Shown: positions 29,886-40,050 of the stretch, piece by piece
Layout: each line of letters begins with the position of its first letter
Numbering within the stretch: the stretch's first letter is position 1
Virus record (IMG/VR): IMGVR_UViG_3300042894_008159
Location: 1-64,000 of that record
DNA: 64,000 nt
Origin: an uncultured virus (IMG/VR IMGVR_UViG_3300042894_008159)
Lineage: Duplodnaviria; Heunggongvirae; Uroviricota; Caudoviricetes
Direction: 5' to 3' (one strand)
Made by a program: the position numbers and the translations under genes
The notes under the pieces: generated by a model
What the model was told of the DNA's origin: nothing
Database searches by the model: none
The model's input: only the letters and a program-made list of their open reading frames with translations

Positions 29886-32800
29886 CTACGAGCAAGGAGT
29901 AAGTACTGTTGGCGGAGTTGGAGAAGTTACCACTAACACAGGGAAAGAGGTAAATTGTGTTTGTGTGGGTCCAGTTGTTGGAGATTCATTTCCGGAAGAA
30001 GAAGGAATTACCCTATAGTAGAAATTTGTAATGTGAGTGTCTTCTGATGAATTCAATTGGTTTGCCACTTCATTTAAAGTAAGCGGACTAGGACCAGAAA
30101 AAGTAACACCAACAGGAAACGGAAAAGTCTCATTGCCGGTACTAATTTTAACATTGTCACCAAGTTGCATAGAATGAATCTCAAATCCGCCAAGCCAACC
30201 ATTTTGATATTCTAAATCGTACCATCCGTGGGCGTATGCCTCATCCCAAGTTGACTGGTTGAAAGTGTTCCAGTTCAAATTTTTCGTTCCGTAATACTTC
30301 AAAGATTCAACTGGGAATTCTCCTGATAATGGACTCCATTCTACAAAAGAAGAAGAACCAGTTATACCACCAGAAAGAAAAGGATCAACGGAAACGACCT
30401 GAAGTGATCCGGTAACAGAAACACTCAAAGAATCTCCATTTCCTATATTTCCAGAATCAACGTCAGACACTAGGTTTACAACTGCTGGGATGGATGTTGG
30501 GTTAAAAGTCTGTGCAAAGTAGTCTGGCTGAGTTACAACCGAATTTATTTGCTGAACGATAGAATTCACAGTTGCTTGCAAATTGGATCCAGAAGATGTA
30601 GCCCCCACGACACGATTATTAATGGATACCGATATATTCCCGCTTCCAGTAACCGTCTGACTGTTCCACACAGAAGGATCAACAAAGTATGCGGTTGCTC
30701 CGGCTATAGAACCAGGTCCACCCGTTAAACCAACTCCTGCAGTTGGTCCCAAAATATAAGGGATTTGAAAAGAATATCCAGTTGAACCTGATGGAATAAT
30801 AATATTCCAATTGGAGTTTATTTCGGGCATGAAACCACCTAGATAAACACCTTGACCCGAAACGTAGTTGTGTGGAACTGAAGTAAAAATGTTCAAAAAT
30901 CCAAACTGAGAACCGGTAATTAAAAGAGAATAAGCTTTAGTTACGGTTAGAACATTTTGGCTTATTGTAAAATTTCCAGAAGCACCAACCGCGGGGGTTG
31001 AGGCAAACACTTGCAAATTTTGTACTTGATTACCGTTGTTACCATAAACAGCAAAATTGAGAATTTCAGGGGGAATTTCTTTTGCAACTTCATTTTCAGT
31101 CTTACCCTCTGCAGGGTATTCCCAAATAGATTGATAAGAATCCCAATCTCTAATCGTTTGTTCCCAGATGTACAGTTCATTTTCTCTGTAACGTGTCCAT
31201 GCATCCAGAGTTATTTCTTTTGGTGAAACCGTTACTGCTGTTTTTTTAATTTTACGGTTAACAAAATTGAAAGAGTCATAAAGAAGACACGTAACATCAT
31301 ATTGTCCAGTAAATGGTAAAAAATGGGCTAGTTTATTAAAATCTAAAATGTTACCTCTGAAAGAATAAAAATATCCGGTTCCTGGTTGCGTGGAGGATTT
31401 TTGGATGATCCACTCAATTTCGTTGTAGGCAGAAAAATCAATTGTGTCCCAGGTGAGGGCTGTAGGTTGAGTTGTGAAAGTTGGCAAATTCAAAGAATTC
31501 CAAGACTGACCCATTTCATCCCAAACCCACCTGTCCACCGCCAACTCCAAAATCAAAGGCATTCCGATTGGATTAACATATAATTGTCCAGTACTTGGAT
31601 CTACAAATTGAATAGGATCCTGACTTGAATCACCTAAAAATTGAAGCTGTCCGTTTTCTTTGAAGTAGTAAAAATTAGCAATTGCAGTTTGCATCGCCGA
31701 GTTTTGCTGTCCGGTGTAATTTTGATTGTTTGTTAAAGGGGCAACAGTATTACCAAAATCCGAGATAGGAGAAGGACTTAGTATAATTTGGCCATTCAGT
31801 AAAGAAGTATTGACTGACGAATAATAGTATAGGTTCGTTTGTTCCTGTGGATTTACTTCTAGCGAAACCGTTCCTCCGCTTGCTCCATTGTTTTCAACCC
31901 CTAAAGGATCTATCTGTGACAAATTAGATTGAGTAGTCAAATAAAAATCATAACCAGGAGTTATCAAGTTGAAATTGTAGGTTTTTCCTAAATTCAAATT
32001 CAAAGTGGGGTTGTTACCAGAAGCTTGGAACAAAGAGGTTGATGTTCCAGTTGCATCAGAGAATCGAAATACGTTGCCAGAAGGTCCTGCTACCGTAACA
32101 TTAATGTCGATCACATCGTTGTAGTTCATTGGAGCTTGAATTCCATATGGATCCTGCCTTATGCCAAAGGCTCTGAGATCTTCAATAAAACCAAAATCCG
32201 GATTTGCAATGAAGTCTACATTATTTCCGGATTCAATGTCGCTTCTGTCCAGAAAATCTGTCCATTCTTTTGTGTTGTAAATGTTAAAATAAACTCCTTC
32301 CCCGGTAATATCTACGATTCTAGCATTTAGAGGAAGATAAGATTGTTTTAGTCTTTGCATCAAAGCAAACAATTTCAACAAAACTTCTTCTTGAGTGAAT
32401 GAAAAGGTTTCCTGCGTGATTGGATATCCATAAGGGTCTAATTCATCGTTTGCTCTAACTATATCATAGTACAATCCAAATAAAGCAGTTTTCTTGTATG
32501 TCCTGCTTGGAACTAGAGTTTCTTCCCCTGAAATATCTAATACATATTCTCCATCATCGTTGGGTCCATAAGTTTGTATAAGACGATATTTTCCGGTATT
32601 AGGATTATCCAAAACATCGGCTATCATGGATTGTTGGTTTGGAAACAATGTGTTACCGTAATTATCCAAAAATTCCTGATTCTGTTGCAAAGGCTGCAAT
32701 TTCACCTTGTTAAAATTCAAATTCAGCCAATATTCTTTGATGCGAAGATCTTGATACCCAAAGAATTTCAGGGCTCCAATAAGTCCTTTATAACTTCCAA

Positions 32801-33914
32801 TGTAGGGAAAAATCTCCTCCCCTGCAACCATTAATTCTTTTCTTTTTTCGTTGATTTCAACGTAGTTTGGTAGAATTTCATTTGGATCATGGTTCTTTAA
32901 AATAACAGAATCTGTTCCAAAAAAAGCGCGACCTAAATTTTGAGTTAATACATCTAACCTAGAATCTTCCCCGATAATCTCTCCATAAAATAAAATTTCT
33001 GCAATTTTATAAGGAGATTCTATACCGTATGTAATGTCTTCTATCACCAATTTTCTTTCGTAGATGTTTGAAGCAACATCTCCGGAATTCAGTCCAATAT
33101 TAATTTGTAAAGCTTTCGATGGAGTCCCAGACTCTGGTGTTTGAATGTAACCTCCAGAATAAACATCACCTGAATTTTGTATAATGGGGACGGCCAAATT
33201 TTGAAAATTCAAAATTGATGGCAAACCATCTATATCTGGGTCATTTTCAACAATTTGGTATGTAAAAATAATATTAGAAACATCAACATCTCCATAGGTT
33301 GAATTTTCCCATCTGGTTCTCCAAAAAGGGGAATTGGCGGAACCAGTAGCTCCAGTGTGAGGGAAACCCAAAAATAAATTAGAAGTAGAAGTATCCTTGA
33401 ACTGCTGAACGATAAACAACTGTTCATTCTCATACAATCCAGCAGATACTTCATCGAAGAAAATAGAACCTCTGTAGTAACCTCCAGATAGATTTTCATA
33501 TTTTGTATCACAGGTAACTGGTGTTCCTGAAGATATAAAGGGTGACCCCAAAATTTGTGCAGATGTTAGAGTAACAACTCCACTAGATATAGTAGCAGCA
33601 GAAATAACACAAACTAAAGTTTGTGCAGGATAGTACGTGAAGGTCAACATTACCTTTGTTCCTTCCGTTAAAGCAGTAACAATAGAATTAAACCAAGGAA
33701 CAATAGAAAAACCGCTTTGATCAGTGTCACTTAGATAAATTGTATTCGAACTTAAATCTAATAAAGACATGAATCCACTAGTGGGTGTAGTGGTTGTAGG
33801 ATCAGATAAATAATTAAACGTTGCAGTTAATGGACCAGAAGCAGTTGGTCCGACATATTCGAAATTGAGAGGATCTCCTCTTTTGTTGAAAAATTTAAGA
33901 TCTAGACCTGTCAT
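29886..33914 (-). CDS. Baseplate wedge protein (gp7-like)
   Basis: KRKELMVAGEEIFPYIGSYKGLIGALKFFGY...IKEYW is a tail-P2-I/gp7-like motif; lies downstream of a gp6-like gene. Confidence 0.6.
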   Translation of the reverse strand: MTGLDLKFFNKRGDPLNFEYVGPTASGPLTATFNYLSDPTTTTPTSGFMSLLDLSSNTIYLSDTDQSGFSIVPWFNSIVTALTEGTKVMLTFTYYPAQTLVCVISAATISSGVVTLTSAQILGSPFISSGTPVTCDTKYENLSGGYYRGSIFFDEVSAGLYENEQLFIVQQFKDTSTSNLFLGFPHTGATGSANSPFWRTRWENSTYGDVDVSNIIFTYQIVENDPDIDGLPSILNFQNLAVPIIQNSGDVYSGGYIQTPESGTPSKALQINIGLNSGDVASNIYERKLVIEDITYGIESPYKIAEILFYGEIIGEDSRLDVLTQNLGRAFFGTDSVILKNHDPNEILPNYVEINEKRKELMVAGEEIFPYIGSYKGLIGALKFFGYQDLRIKEYWLNLNFNKVKLQPLQQNQEFLDNYGNTLFPNQQSMIADVLDNPNTGKYRLIQTYGPNDDGEYVLDISGEETLVPSRTYKKTALFGLYYDIVRANDELDPYGYPITQETFSFTQEEVLLKLFALMQRLKQSYLPLNARIVDITGEGVYFNIYNTKEWTDFLDRSDIESGNNVDFIANPDFGFIEDLRAFGIRQDPYGIQAPMNYNDVIDINVTVAGPSGNVFRFSDATGTSTSLFQASGNNPTLNLNLGKTYNFNLITPGYDFYLTTQSNLSQIDPLGVENNGASGGTVSLEVNPQEQTNLYYYSSVNTSLLNGQIILSPSPISDFGNTVAPLTNNQNYTGQQNSAMQTAIANFYYFKENGQLQFLGDSSQDPIQFVDPSTGQLYVNPIGMPLILELAVDRWVWDEMGQSWNSLNLPTFTTQPTALTWDTIDFSAYNEIEWIIQKSSTQPGTGYFYSFRGNILDFNKLAHFLPFTGQYDVTCLLYDSFNFVNRKIKKTAVTVSPKEITLDAWTRYRENELYIWEQTIRDWDSYQSIWEYPAEGKTENEVAKEIPPEILNFAVYGNNGNQVQNLQVFASTPAVGASGNFTISQNVLTVTKAYSLLITGSQFGFLNIFTSVPHNYVSGQGVYLGGFMPEINSNWNIIIPSGSTGYSFQIPYILGPTAGVGLTGGPGSIAGATAYFVDPSVWNSQTVTGSGNISVSINNRVVGATSSGSNLQATVNSIVQQINSVVTQPDYFAQTFNPTSIPAVVNLVSDVDSGNIGNGDSLSVSVTGSLQVVSVDPFLSGGITGSSSFVEWSPLSGEFPVESLKYYGTKNLNWNTFNQSTWDEAYAHGWYDLEYQNGWLGGFEIHSMQLGDNVKISTGNETFPFPVGVTFSGPSPLTLNEVANQLNSSEDTHITNFYYRVIPSSSGNESPTTGPTQTQFTSFPVLVVTSPTPPTVLTPCS

Positions 33915-33917
33915 AAA

Positions 33918-34448
33918 TTAAAAAACTCTTCTGTTGTTAAAAGGAACTGTGTAATTAAAGTAGTTTCGAATTTGCTTTACACTTTCAATGAGAGCATAAA
34001 CAACCCTTTGATAATGTTCTAAAATGAAGTTTTTTGTTGGGTCTCTAAATAAAAGATTGGACATAGTCCTTTCGAAAATTTGGTTCTTATATTCAAATCC
34101 TTCATACCCAAAGTCATTAATAGAATCTCTTATATCGTCGATGTTTTCTTTTGGATCGAAAGCGTACCATCTCCTTTGTGTATTTGAAGGTGTCATCTGC
34201 CTCATGATAGTTTGATATGTTGAAAAATTAGAACACGGAGCGTATTGTATTTGACCTACAGAATTGGTGATAGCAGTTCTATAACCAGAACATCCTAAGT
34301 TATAAGATCGGATTTGAGCTTGCTCAACTGTTAAATACAAATCTGAACTTGTTTCGAAAGAAGGTGTTGTTGAATTGAATTTAACACCGCTCATAGTGTA
34401 AGAGTTAACGGTGTTTTGTGGAAAATTTGGATTAAAATCTTGTGCCAT
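33918..34448 (-). CDS. Hypothetical baseplate-region protein (176 aa)
   Basis: ORF tightly packed between wedge genes. Confidence 0.7.
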   Translation of the reverse strand: MAQDFNPNFPQNTVNSYTMSGVKFNSTTPSFETSSDLYLTVEQAQIRSYNLGCSGYRTAITNSVGQIQYAPCSNFSTYQTIMRQMTPSNTQRRWYAFDPKENIDDIRDSINDFGYEGFEYKNQIFERTMSNLLFRDPTKNFILEHYQRVVYALIESVKQIRNYFNYTVPFNNRRVF

Positions 34449-34450
34449 AT

Positions 34451-36181
34451 CTATTGATTTTGGGCTATAATTCTTGCTCTTTGTTCAGAATTCAATTGTG
34501 CTGACAAATTTTTCGGAACGATTGAAGAAATATCAATGTTCAATGCCGAAGGTTTGCCTGGAACAATACCTACTTCATAAAAGGTACCATAACGATCTGA
34601 CCATCCTCCTCGAATTAAAACTAATTCATCGGAGTTAATTACAATATCTCCAAAAGAATTTAAACCAATTTGTCTATTCTTTTGTTCAGCACTGGCGTTA
34701 GGTAGATTGTCTACCGTTTTGTGATATTCTTCATTTGCTTGTCCAACGAAATAAAAAGAAACGGAATCCACACCATCAATAGCCTCAACAATGGCGATAA
34801 TATCAGATTTGGGAATTTTATCTCTTCTCTTCAAATTAATAAAATATTCCGATATAGAAGTTCTTGCCTTATCCTTAATTATTTCAGGATCATAACCTTC
34901 AAAAATAGACAAAACCAAATTTCCAACGAAGTTTTGAATTTCAGGATCTAAAATCTTTACAACTGTCGTGGCAATCATCTGGCCAGAATCTTCTATTAAA
35001 TTTAAAATTGAAAGCTTTTGAGCGGTAGTTAGAACAAAACTTTCTGCAGGAACATCAAAGTAATCTTGCCCACTTAGAATGTTGATTGTTACATCCGGTA
35101 CCAGAAAAAGATACACAACATTATCATCATCTAGAACGTCATCACCAAAAGTTGAAAATGCCTGAATTTGTGAAAAAATATTAAATCTCTGTAGATAGAT
35201 TTCATAATTTTCGGAATTTGCAAACACGAAAGCACGAGAAGTTTTAGGAGCGACCAGACGGGTTAGCTCAATTGGTTCTGGATCACTTCCGAAGGAAGGA
35301 TCAAGTACTCCTAAAATTGTAAGGTAATTATTTAAATTAACTTCTTTTCCAAATAAATCTGTACCAGTATCCATAAACCTATAGGTCAACTGAAGATCCT
35401 TTCTTGAAGCAATATTGCCGCTGAACCCATTGGTTTGGAGATATTCGGCTTTTATAATAGTTCCTCTCAAAGGGGGTTGACCGAAATTTCCGTTTCCGAA
35501 ATAAATATCAATTCCCTCAGAAATTCCAGATTTAACCAAATATCCTTTGCCGTTTAATGGAATATCATAAAGAGAAAAATACATTTTCCATGGAACGTCG
35601 TTAACGGAAATGTCAACATAAAATTGATCAATCAGAGTACCGGATTTTGAAACAACATTGTAACTTTGTAAAGCAGCTCCTGTTCCAGTGAAGGTGGATG
35701 TTTGAAAAGCACCTTGAACCATTTTAAAATTGAATGTTGCTCCTCGATTCAAAGGAACTTTAACTGAAGGTCCATTCAGAAGCAAAGTATAAATCAACCC
35801 ATTTTGTTCACACTGAATTTTAGGTCTACCGGACAAAATTATGGCTCCCCCGCCCACATCAGACTCTCTCAAATTCCAGGTAACAGCAATTTCTCCTTGA
35901 GCAGCCATACCTCTGGCAGGATCATAACCTGCTATTCTGGCCAAGCTTTTAATGGAATAATCCCTGCTGGCCTGATAGATGTTTAATTCTGTGATTGAGT
36001 CTTCAATAAAATACAAAATTAGCTGGGAAATATTTTCCAAGACAAATAAAATTTGTCCCCAGGCAGAAGCCACAGTAAACACATTTCTGGTTTGATTGTA
36101 GGTTCTTTGAAGAAAATTGTAGGTGTCATTTAACAGACCCCGGATCAGAATATTATTTTTCTGGAAAATATTAGTGGCCAT
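34451..36181 (-). CDS. Baseplate wedge subunit (T4 gp6 / baseplate J-like)
   Basis: SIKSLARIAGYDP, IYFGNGNFG, Y.QTNG..GN, GSDPEPIELTRLVAPK...RAFV...NYE. Confidence 0.8.
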   Translation of the reverse strand: MATNIFQKNNILIRGLLNDTYNFLQRTYNQTRNVFTVASAWGQILFVLENISQLILYFIEDSITELNIYQASRDYSIKSLARIAGYDPARGMAAQGEIAVTWNLRESDVGGGAIILSGRPKIQCEQNGLIYTLLLNGPSVKVPLNRGATFNFKMVQGAFQTSTFTGTGAALQSYNVVSKSGTLIDQFYVDISVNDVPWKMYFSLYDIPLNGKGYLVKSGISEGIDIYFGNGNFGQPPLRGTIIKAEYLQTNGFSGNIASRKDLQLTYRFMDTGTDLFGKEVNLNNYLTILGVLDPSFGSDPEPIELTRLVAPKTSRAFVFANSENYEIYLQRFNIFSQIQAFSTFGDDVLDDDNVVYLFLVPDVTINILSGQDYFDVPAESFVLTTAQKLSILNLIEDSGQMIATTVVKILDPEIQNFVGNLVLSIFEGYDPEIIKDKARTSISEYFINLKRRDKIPKSDIIAIVEAIDGVDSVSFYFVGQANEEYHKTVDNLPNASAEQKNRQIGLNSFGDIVINSDELVLIRGGWSDRYGTFYEVGIVPGKPSALNIDISSIVPKNLSAQLNSEQRARIIAQNQ

Positions 36182-36185
36182 ATAA

Positions 36186-36557
36186 TTAAGTTACTTTCAG
36201 GGAGACCAGAGGACTTTTACCTCCGTAACTCGGAATAAAAAAATTTAGATACGCAATATCCCTCTGAGTTCCGGCATAAAATTCAACATTGAAATAACCG
36301 TTAAGCTGATAGAAAATTGGAACATAATTTTTAATTTGACGACCAATTTCATCAGTGAGGGATTTCTGAGAGAGCTCTTGGCTGAAAACCAATTCCTCTA
36401 AACTAAGTCCAAATGAAGGATCTCCAAGAACCTCTCCCTTAATTGTCAGCAACAACATTTTGAGCTGACCGATACAAATTTCGATCGGGTCCGTAGTTTC
36501 TAAAACATCGGATTTGTATTGAGGATCTCCTGGGTCTCTGTTGTAAATTTCTATCAT
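36186..36557 (-). CDS. Baseplate gp25-like protein
   Basis: LLLTIKGEVLGDPSFGLSLEELVF...QIKNYVP is the gp25/GPW signature. Confidence 0.85.
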   Translation of the reverse strand: MIEIYNRDPGDPQYKSDVLETTDPIEICIGQLKMLLLTIKGEVLGDPSFGLSLEELVFSQELSQKSLTDEIGRQIKNYVPIFYQLNGYFNVEFYAGTQRDIAYLNFFIPSYGGKSPLVSLKVT

Positions 36558-36558
36558 C

Positions 36559-36574
36559 GGGAAATTGCTTTCCC
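36559..36574 (-). promoter_or_regulatory. 5'-leader hairpin with a GNRA loop just upstream of the gp25 start codon
   Basis: The minus strand reads GGGAAA-GCAA-TTTCCC-G-ATG. Confidence 0.5.
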
Positions 36575-36576
36575 TT

Positions 36577-36584
36577 TATATATC
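36577..36584 (-). promoter_or_regulatory. Putative late promoter GATATATA
   Basis: About 20 nt upstream of ATG 36557. Confidence 0.7.
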
Positions 36585-36613
36585 TGGCGGAAAAAAGAAG
36601 GCAAAAAAATATG

Positions 36614-37819
36614 CTACTTTATTTTTTTGTTGCCCTTTTCGTCATAAATCCAAAATTCGAATAAAAATCCAAGATTGATACAGGCTTTTTTCTTTCTGAT
36701 GTTTATAGTATATCCAGCATCGTACGTATAATCAGATTTCACTTCAATTATTTTATTTTCAGATTTCAAATAAATATCGGGGTAGTATTTTCTCTTTTTT
36801 TGTTCAGAATCCAAGTACCAAATTTTTCCAGTATATTTTTCAATTTCTTTGTTGTTGACGATAATATCTTCCTCTAAATAATCTGAGCTAATCAATTCAT
36901 TCAAGGCAAAACATTCATATCCTTGAATTTTCTCGATTCTACCAAAAGGAAATACAAATAATTTTTTCTTGTAAGATGTATCCAGAGATTTTTCAAAAGA
37001 AGGTGTGTAGTGCATCACCTGCTCAACCCCATATTTTTCCATCATAGTCTCTTTGAATTTAATTTTAAATTCATCACTTTGAACATACCAATCAACACCA
37101 TGTTTTTTACGGTTAGTTTCTTTCGATTTTTCTTTTATCTCGTTTGAACACATACTCGAATTCCCCCCATATTTTTGTTTGTTTGTGTCTTTCGATTTTT
37201 GTTTAATTTCCGGATTATCCAAGGCATTCTCATATCCATACTTTTCCAAATTTGTTTTTCTTTTTTTGTCTTGTGTTTCTTTCAAACTTGTTGGATGCCT
37301 CCCATATTTTTTTTGAAAAGTTTTTTTAGTTTTCGATTTGAATTCTTCCGTAGAAGTGAAAAATTCAGTTCCATATTTTTTTCTGTTGCTTTCTTTCAAT
37401 TTATCCATCGCTCCAGGTACTAACATAGGATTGCTAGTCCCATATTTTTTTAACAAACTTTGTGAGGTCGAAATTTTGTTGTGTTTCTTTAAACAATTTT
37501 CTAACATACATGTTTTGTAGTAATTCACAGGGTTAGTTGGTTTTTCTCCATAACGATCTATAGAAAACTTCGGTATGTTAGCAAATTTTCTAGGGGATCC
37601 ACAATGAAAACAAGTTTCGATTTCATAGAAATCGAACCAAACGTGATAAAATCTCTGTTGGATAGAAATGGATTCCTTGTGATAATGTGAATCTAAAAAA
37701 CTAGTCAACGATTCCAAATCGGAGACATAAATGGGATTGGTCTTTATTAAAAAAAGATAAGAGCCAAAAGCTTGTCCAGGCTTGCCCCTCCAAGATTCGA
37801 TTTTTTGAAGAATTTCCAT
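36614..37819 (-). CDS. Putative free-standing homing endonuclease: Zn ribbon, KYG repeats and a C-terminal PD-(D/E)XK nuclease
   Basis: CFHCG...C...C; about 6-7 K.K.TN..KYG repeats; YYPDIYLKSENKIIEVKS; Lys-rich composition unlike its neighbours. Confidence 0.75.
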   Translation of the reverse strand: MEILQKIESWRGKPGQAFGSYLFLIKTNPIYVSDLESLTSFLDSHYHKESISIQQRFYHVWFDFYEIETCFHCGSPRKFANIPKFSIDRYGEKPTNPVNYYKTCMLENCLKKHNKISTSQSLLKKYGTSNPMLVPGAMDKLKESNRKKYGTEFFTSTEEFKSKTKKTFQKKYGRHPTSLKETQDKKRKTNLEKYGYENALDNPEIKQKSKDTNKQKYGGNSSMCSNEIKEKSKETNRKKHGVDWYVQSDEFKIKFKETMMEKYGVEQVMHYTPSFEKSLDTSYKKKLFVFPFGRIEKIQGYECFALNELISSDYLEEDIIVNNKEIEKYTGKIWYLDSEQKKRKYYPDIYLKSENKIIEVKSDYTYDAGYTINIRKKKACINLGFLFEFWIYDEKGNKKIK

Positions 37820-37846
37820 ACAAAAAAATTGATAAAATATTTGACA

Positions 37847-37854
37847 TATATATC
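37847..37854 (-). promoter_or_regulatory. Putative late promoter GATATATA
   Basis: About 28 nt upstream of ATG 37819. Confidence 0.65.
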
Positions 37855-37871
37855 AATTTGGTGTATATTTT

Positions 37872-38657
37872 TCAATTCCACTGGAGAAAATAAGATGGGG
37901 TGTTCTCGCCATTTATCATGTTCATTACCTCTTGTAACTCTGCAGAAGCCTCTTGACTTAAAGTTGAGGTGTTAACTCTAACTCCTCCTGGAAGGTTGTA
38001 ATCGAAAGCGCTAAGAACCTTAACCAAAGATTGTTTAGCCTTGGCAAAACAATATCTGATGAATAATTCGTCGTTATACAATTCATAATCTTCAATTGCT
38101 ACAAAACAACTTACAACAACAGATTGGGTCAGATTGTAACCGCTAGCATTACTTTGAGGGGAAGATGACCTAATGGGGGGAGTTGGGTCCCTACCCAAAA
38201 TTGTAAGCTTCTTTGTGTTTTTGTTCCAGCTAAAGGCATAAGTAGGCAAAAGATAGGCCTTGGCCAAATCAAAATAAGAATACATAACGGTTCTGTACAC
38301 AAGGTTATCTCCAGTAAAAGGAGACAATAGAAGTTCAGATCCAATCAATTTTGAATCTCCAAAGTCCTTATCAGGGTTGCCAGAAATCCCGTTTCCGTTG
38401 GTTTCCCTGACATCGAAGACTGTCACAATTTTATCTGGGAGTTGAACTTGTCGGGTGTTTCTAAACTGTGGGGTTTGGAAAAAAGCTCCACCTAAAACAA
38501 AATATCTTTTTTCCACAGCGTACTGGTAGTTGTCGTACATCCATGCCTTCGCCCTTGTGATAATCCTAATGATTTCCTGGTCGTTCAAATTGTAAGGCAA
38601 AGCACAACTGGCAGATAAATCATCTTTTATTTCCTGAATCAATTCTTCTAGTGTCAT
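37872..38657 (-). CDS. Neck/head-tail adaptor protein (T4 gp13-like)
   Basis: MTLEELIQEIKDDL; YCFAKAKQSLVKVL..FDYNLPGGVRVN...LSQEASAEL is the gp13 C-terminal pattern. Confidence 0.75.
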   Translation of the reverse strand: MTLEELIQEIKDDLSASCALPYNLNDQEIIRIITRAKAWMYDNYQYAVEKRYFVLGGAFFQTPQFRNTRQVQLPDKIVTVFDVRETNGNGISGNPDKDFGDSKLIGSELLLSPFTGDNLVYRTVMYSYFDLAKAYLLPTYAFSWNKNTKKLTILGRDPTPPIRSSSPQSNASGYNLTQSVVVSCFVAIEDYELYNDELFIRYCFAKAKQSLVKVLSAFDYNLPGGVRVNTSTLSQEASAELQEVMNMINGENTPSYFLQWN

Positions 38658-38658
38658 G

Positions 38659-40050
38659 TTAGTAATTGATATTTTTAAATTTGATCTTGGCGATTGGGTC
38701 GTTCAAATTTTTCAACCTTGAATCTGAAATAAAACGTGTGGTACGGATTTCGTTGAAATCTTTGACCTTCTCGGTTTGTTCGGAAATAAGTGAGTTCCTT
38801 CCTAAATCCGCCTTTCTCAATACTCCACCTTTGACTTCACAATCTACCATCTGCTGTGGACAATCGATGTAACAGTTCTCAAGCAAATTTCCATAGTCTG
38901 CTATGGAATTTTGAAATTTGCTGTCGTAGAGCTTGTTGCCAAAAACTAGTTTACAGTCATAAATCTCAGAATTTTTTACCTGTGTTCCATATAAATTACA
39001 GTTCTCTAATTTTCCGTTTTTAACTATGCTGTCAAAAATGTCAACATCCCTTAAAATCAATCCATTTTTGCTTTTGGCATCTTTGATTTGGAATCTACCA
39101 ATGGAAGTATCATAATTGAAAAAACAAGCCTGTATACCACCTTCAACAATTAGATCAAATATTTTTTCCCTAATGTGTGACCAATAAGTTTTAATATTTT
39201 CTTCGTAACCTTTCAAATCAACCAACACGTGAAAATCTGGATAGTTCATGAAGAATGAATCAGGATTTGAAAAACTTCTCACGACCTTCGTGTGCTGTCT
39301 CATCATCTCCTGTAATTTTTGGACGTCCTCTTTTCCGTAGACCTTTTTGCCAGATAGGATATCATGTAACAACAAAGTAACATAATCCGTAACTTCTAAA
39401 ATAGGATTAATTTTCTTTTGGTAGTCCTTTCCTCCAAGATAGCGTATCTCAACATATCCATCTTGTAATTTGGTAAAATTTGCTCCATAATATTTCTCTC
39501 CAGGCAACTTAAACAACTTTGGATCGATCGTGGTGATGTTTTCTAAAATTGAAAATTTGTTGACTGGTACGATCTTCTTTAGAGATTTGGCATACACATT
39601 ATTGGTTCGGTTTCCAAATGACGAATAAACTATACCTTCATCAATTCCTAAAATAAATTTCATACGATCCAAACGTTCCATTTTTTCTAATTTTCTGTCG
39701 TGAGGATCGAAAGAAATAGAAAATTGAAAAGCACACCGATCCGTGGTCCAACCATTGGCTTCAATCCATTTTAAAACTTTGATTAAAACCGGAATGGCTT
39801 CTCCATATGACATGGGTCCAGTGATTAGCTCGTTCATTTTGCTTCCTCCGGAATAGTCTGGTTCTAGCTTGAAACTATCGGCGCTGACTGGAATTTTAGA
39901 ATGATATTTGTCGGACAAAATAACCTTTTTTCCAAGCAGCTTAGAAAGAGATTCGACAATTCGGCCTCTCACCATCTCGGAAAAGAATTCAAATTCGAAT
40001 CCTAGAACGGATGATGAAAGGGCCTGATATTTGTCGAAGTGTGAATTCAT
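38659..40050 (-). CDS. Putative amidoligase (COOH-NH2 ligase type) with C-terminal beta-helix-like repeats
   Basis: LGFEFEF, LEPDYSGG, ELITGPM, TTDRCAFQFSIS, KYYGANF, YVEIRY; C-terminal penta/hexapeptide-like repeats. Confidence 0.65.
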   Translation of the reverse strand: MNSHFDKYQALSSSVLGFEFEFFSEMVRGRIVESLSKLLGKKVILSDKYHSKIPVSADSFKLEPDYSGGSKMNELITGPMSYGEAIPVLIKVLKWIEANGWTTDRCAFQFSISFDPHDRKLEKMERLDRMKFILGIDEGIVYSSFGNRTNNVYAKSLKKIVPVNKFSILENITTIDPKLFKLPGEKYYGANFTKLQDGYVEIRYLGGKDYQKKINPILEVTDYVTLLLHDILSGKKVYGKEDVQKLQEMMRQHTKVVRSFSNPDSFFMNYPDFHVLVDLKGYEENIKTYWSHIREKIFDLIVEGGIQACFFNYDTSIGRFQIKDAKSKNGLILRDVDIFDSIVKNGKLENCNLYGTQVKNSEIYDCKLVFGNKLYDSKFQNSIADYGNLLENCYIDCPQQMVDCEVKGGVLRKADLGRNSLISEQTEKVKDFNEIRTTRFISDSRLKNLNDPIAKIKFKNINY

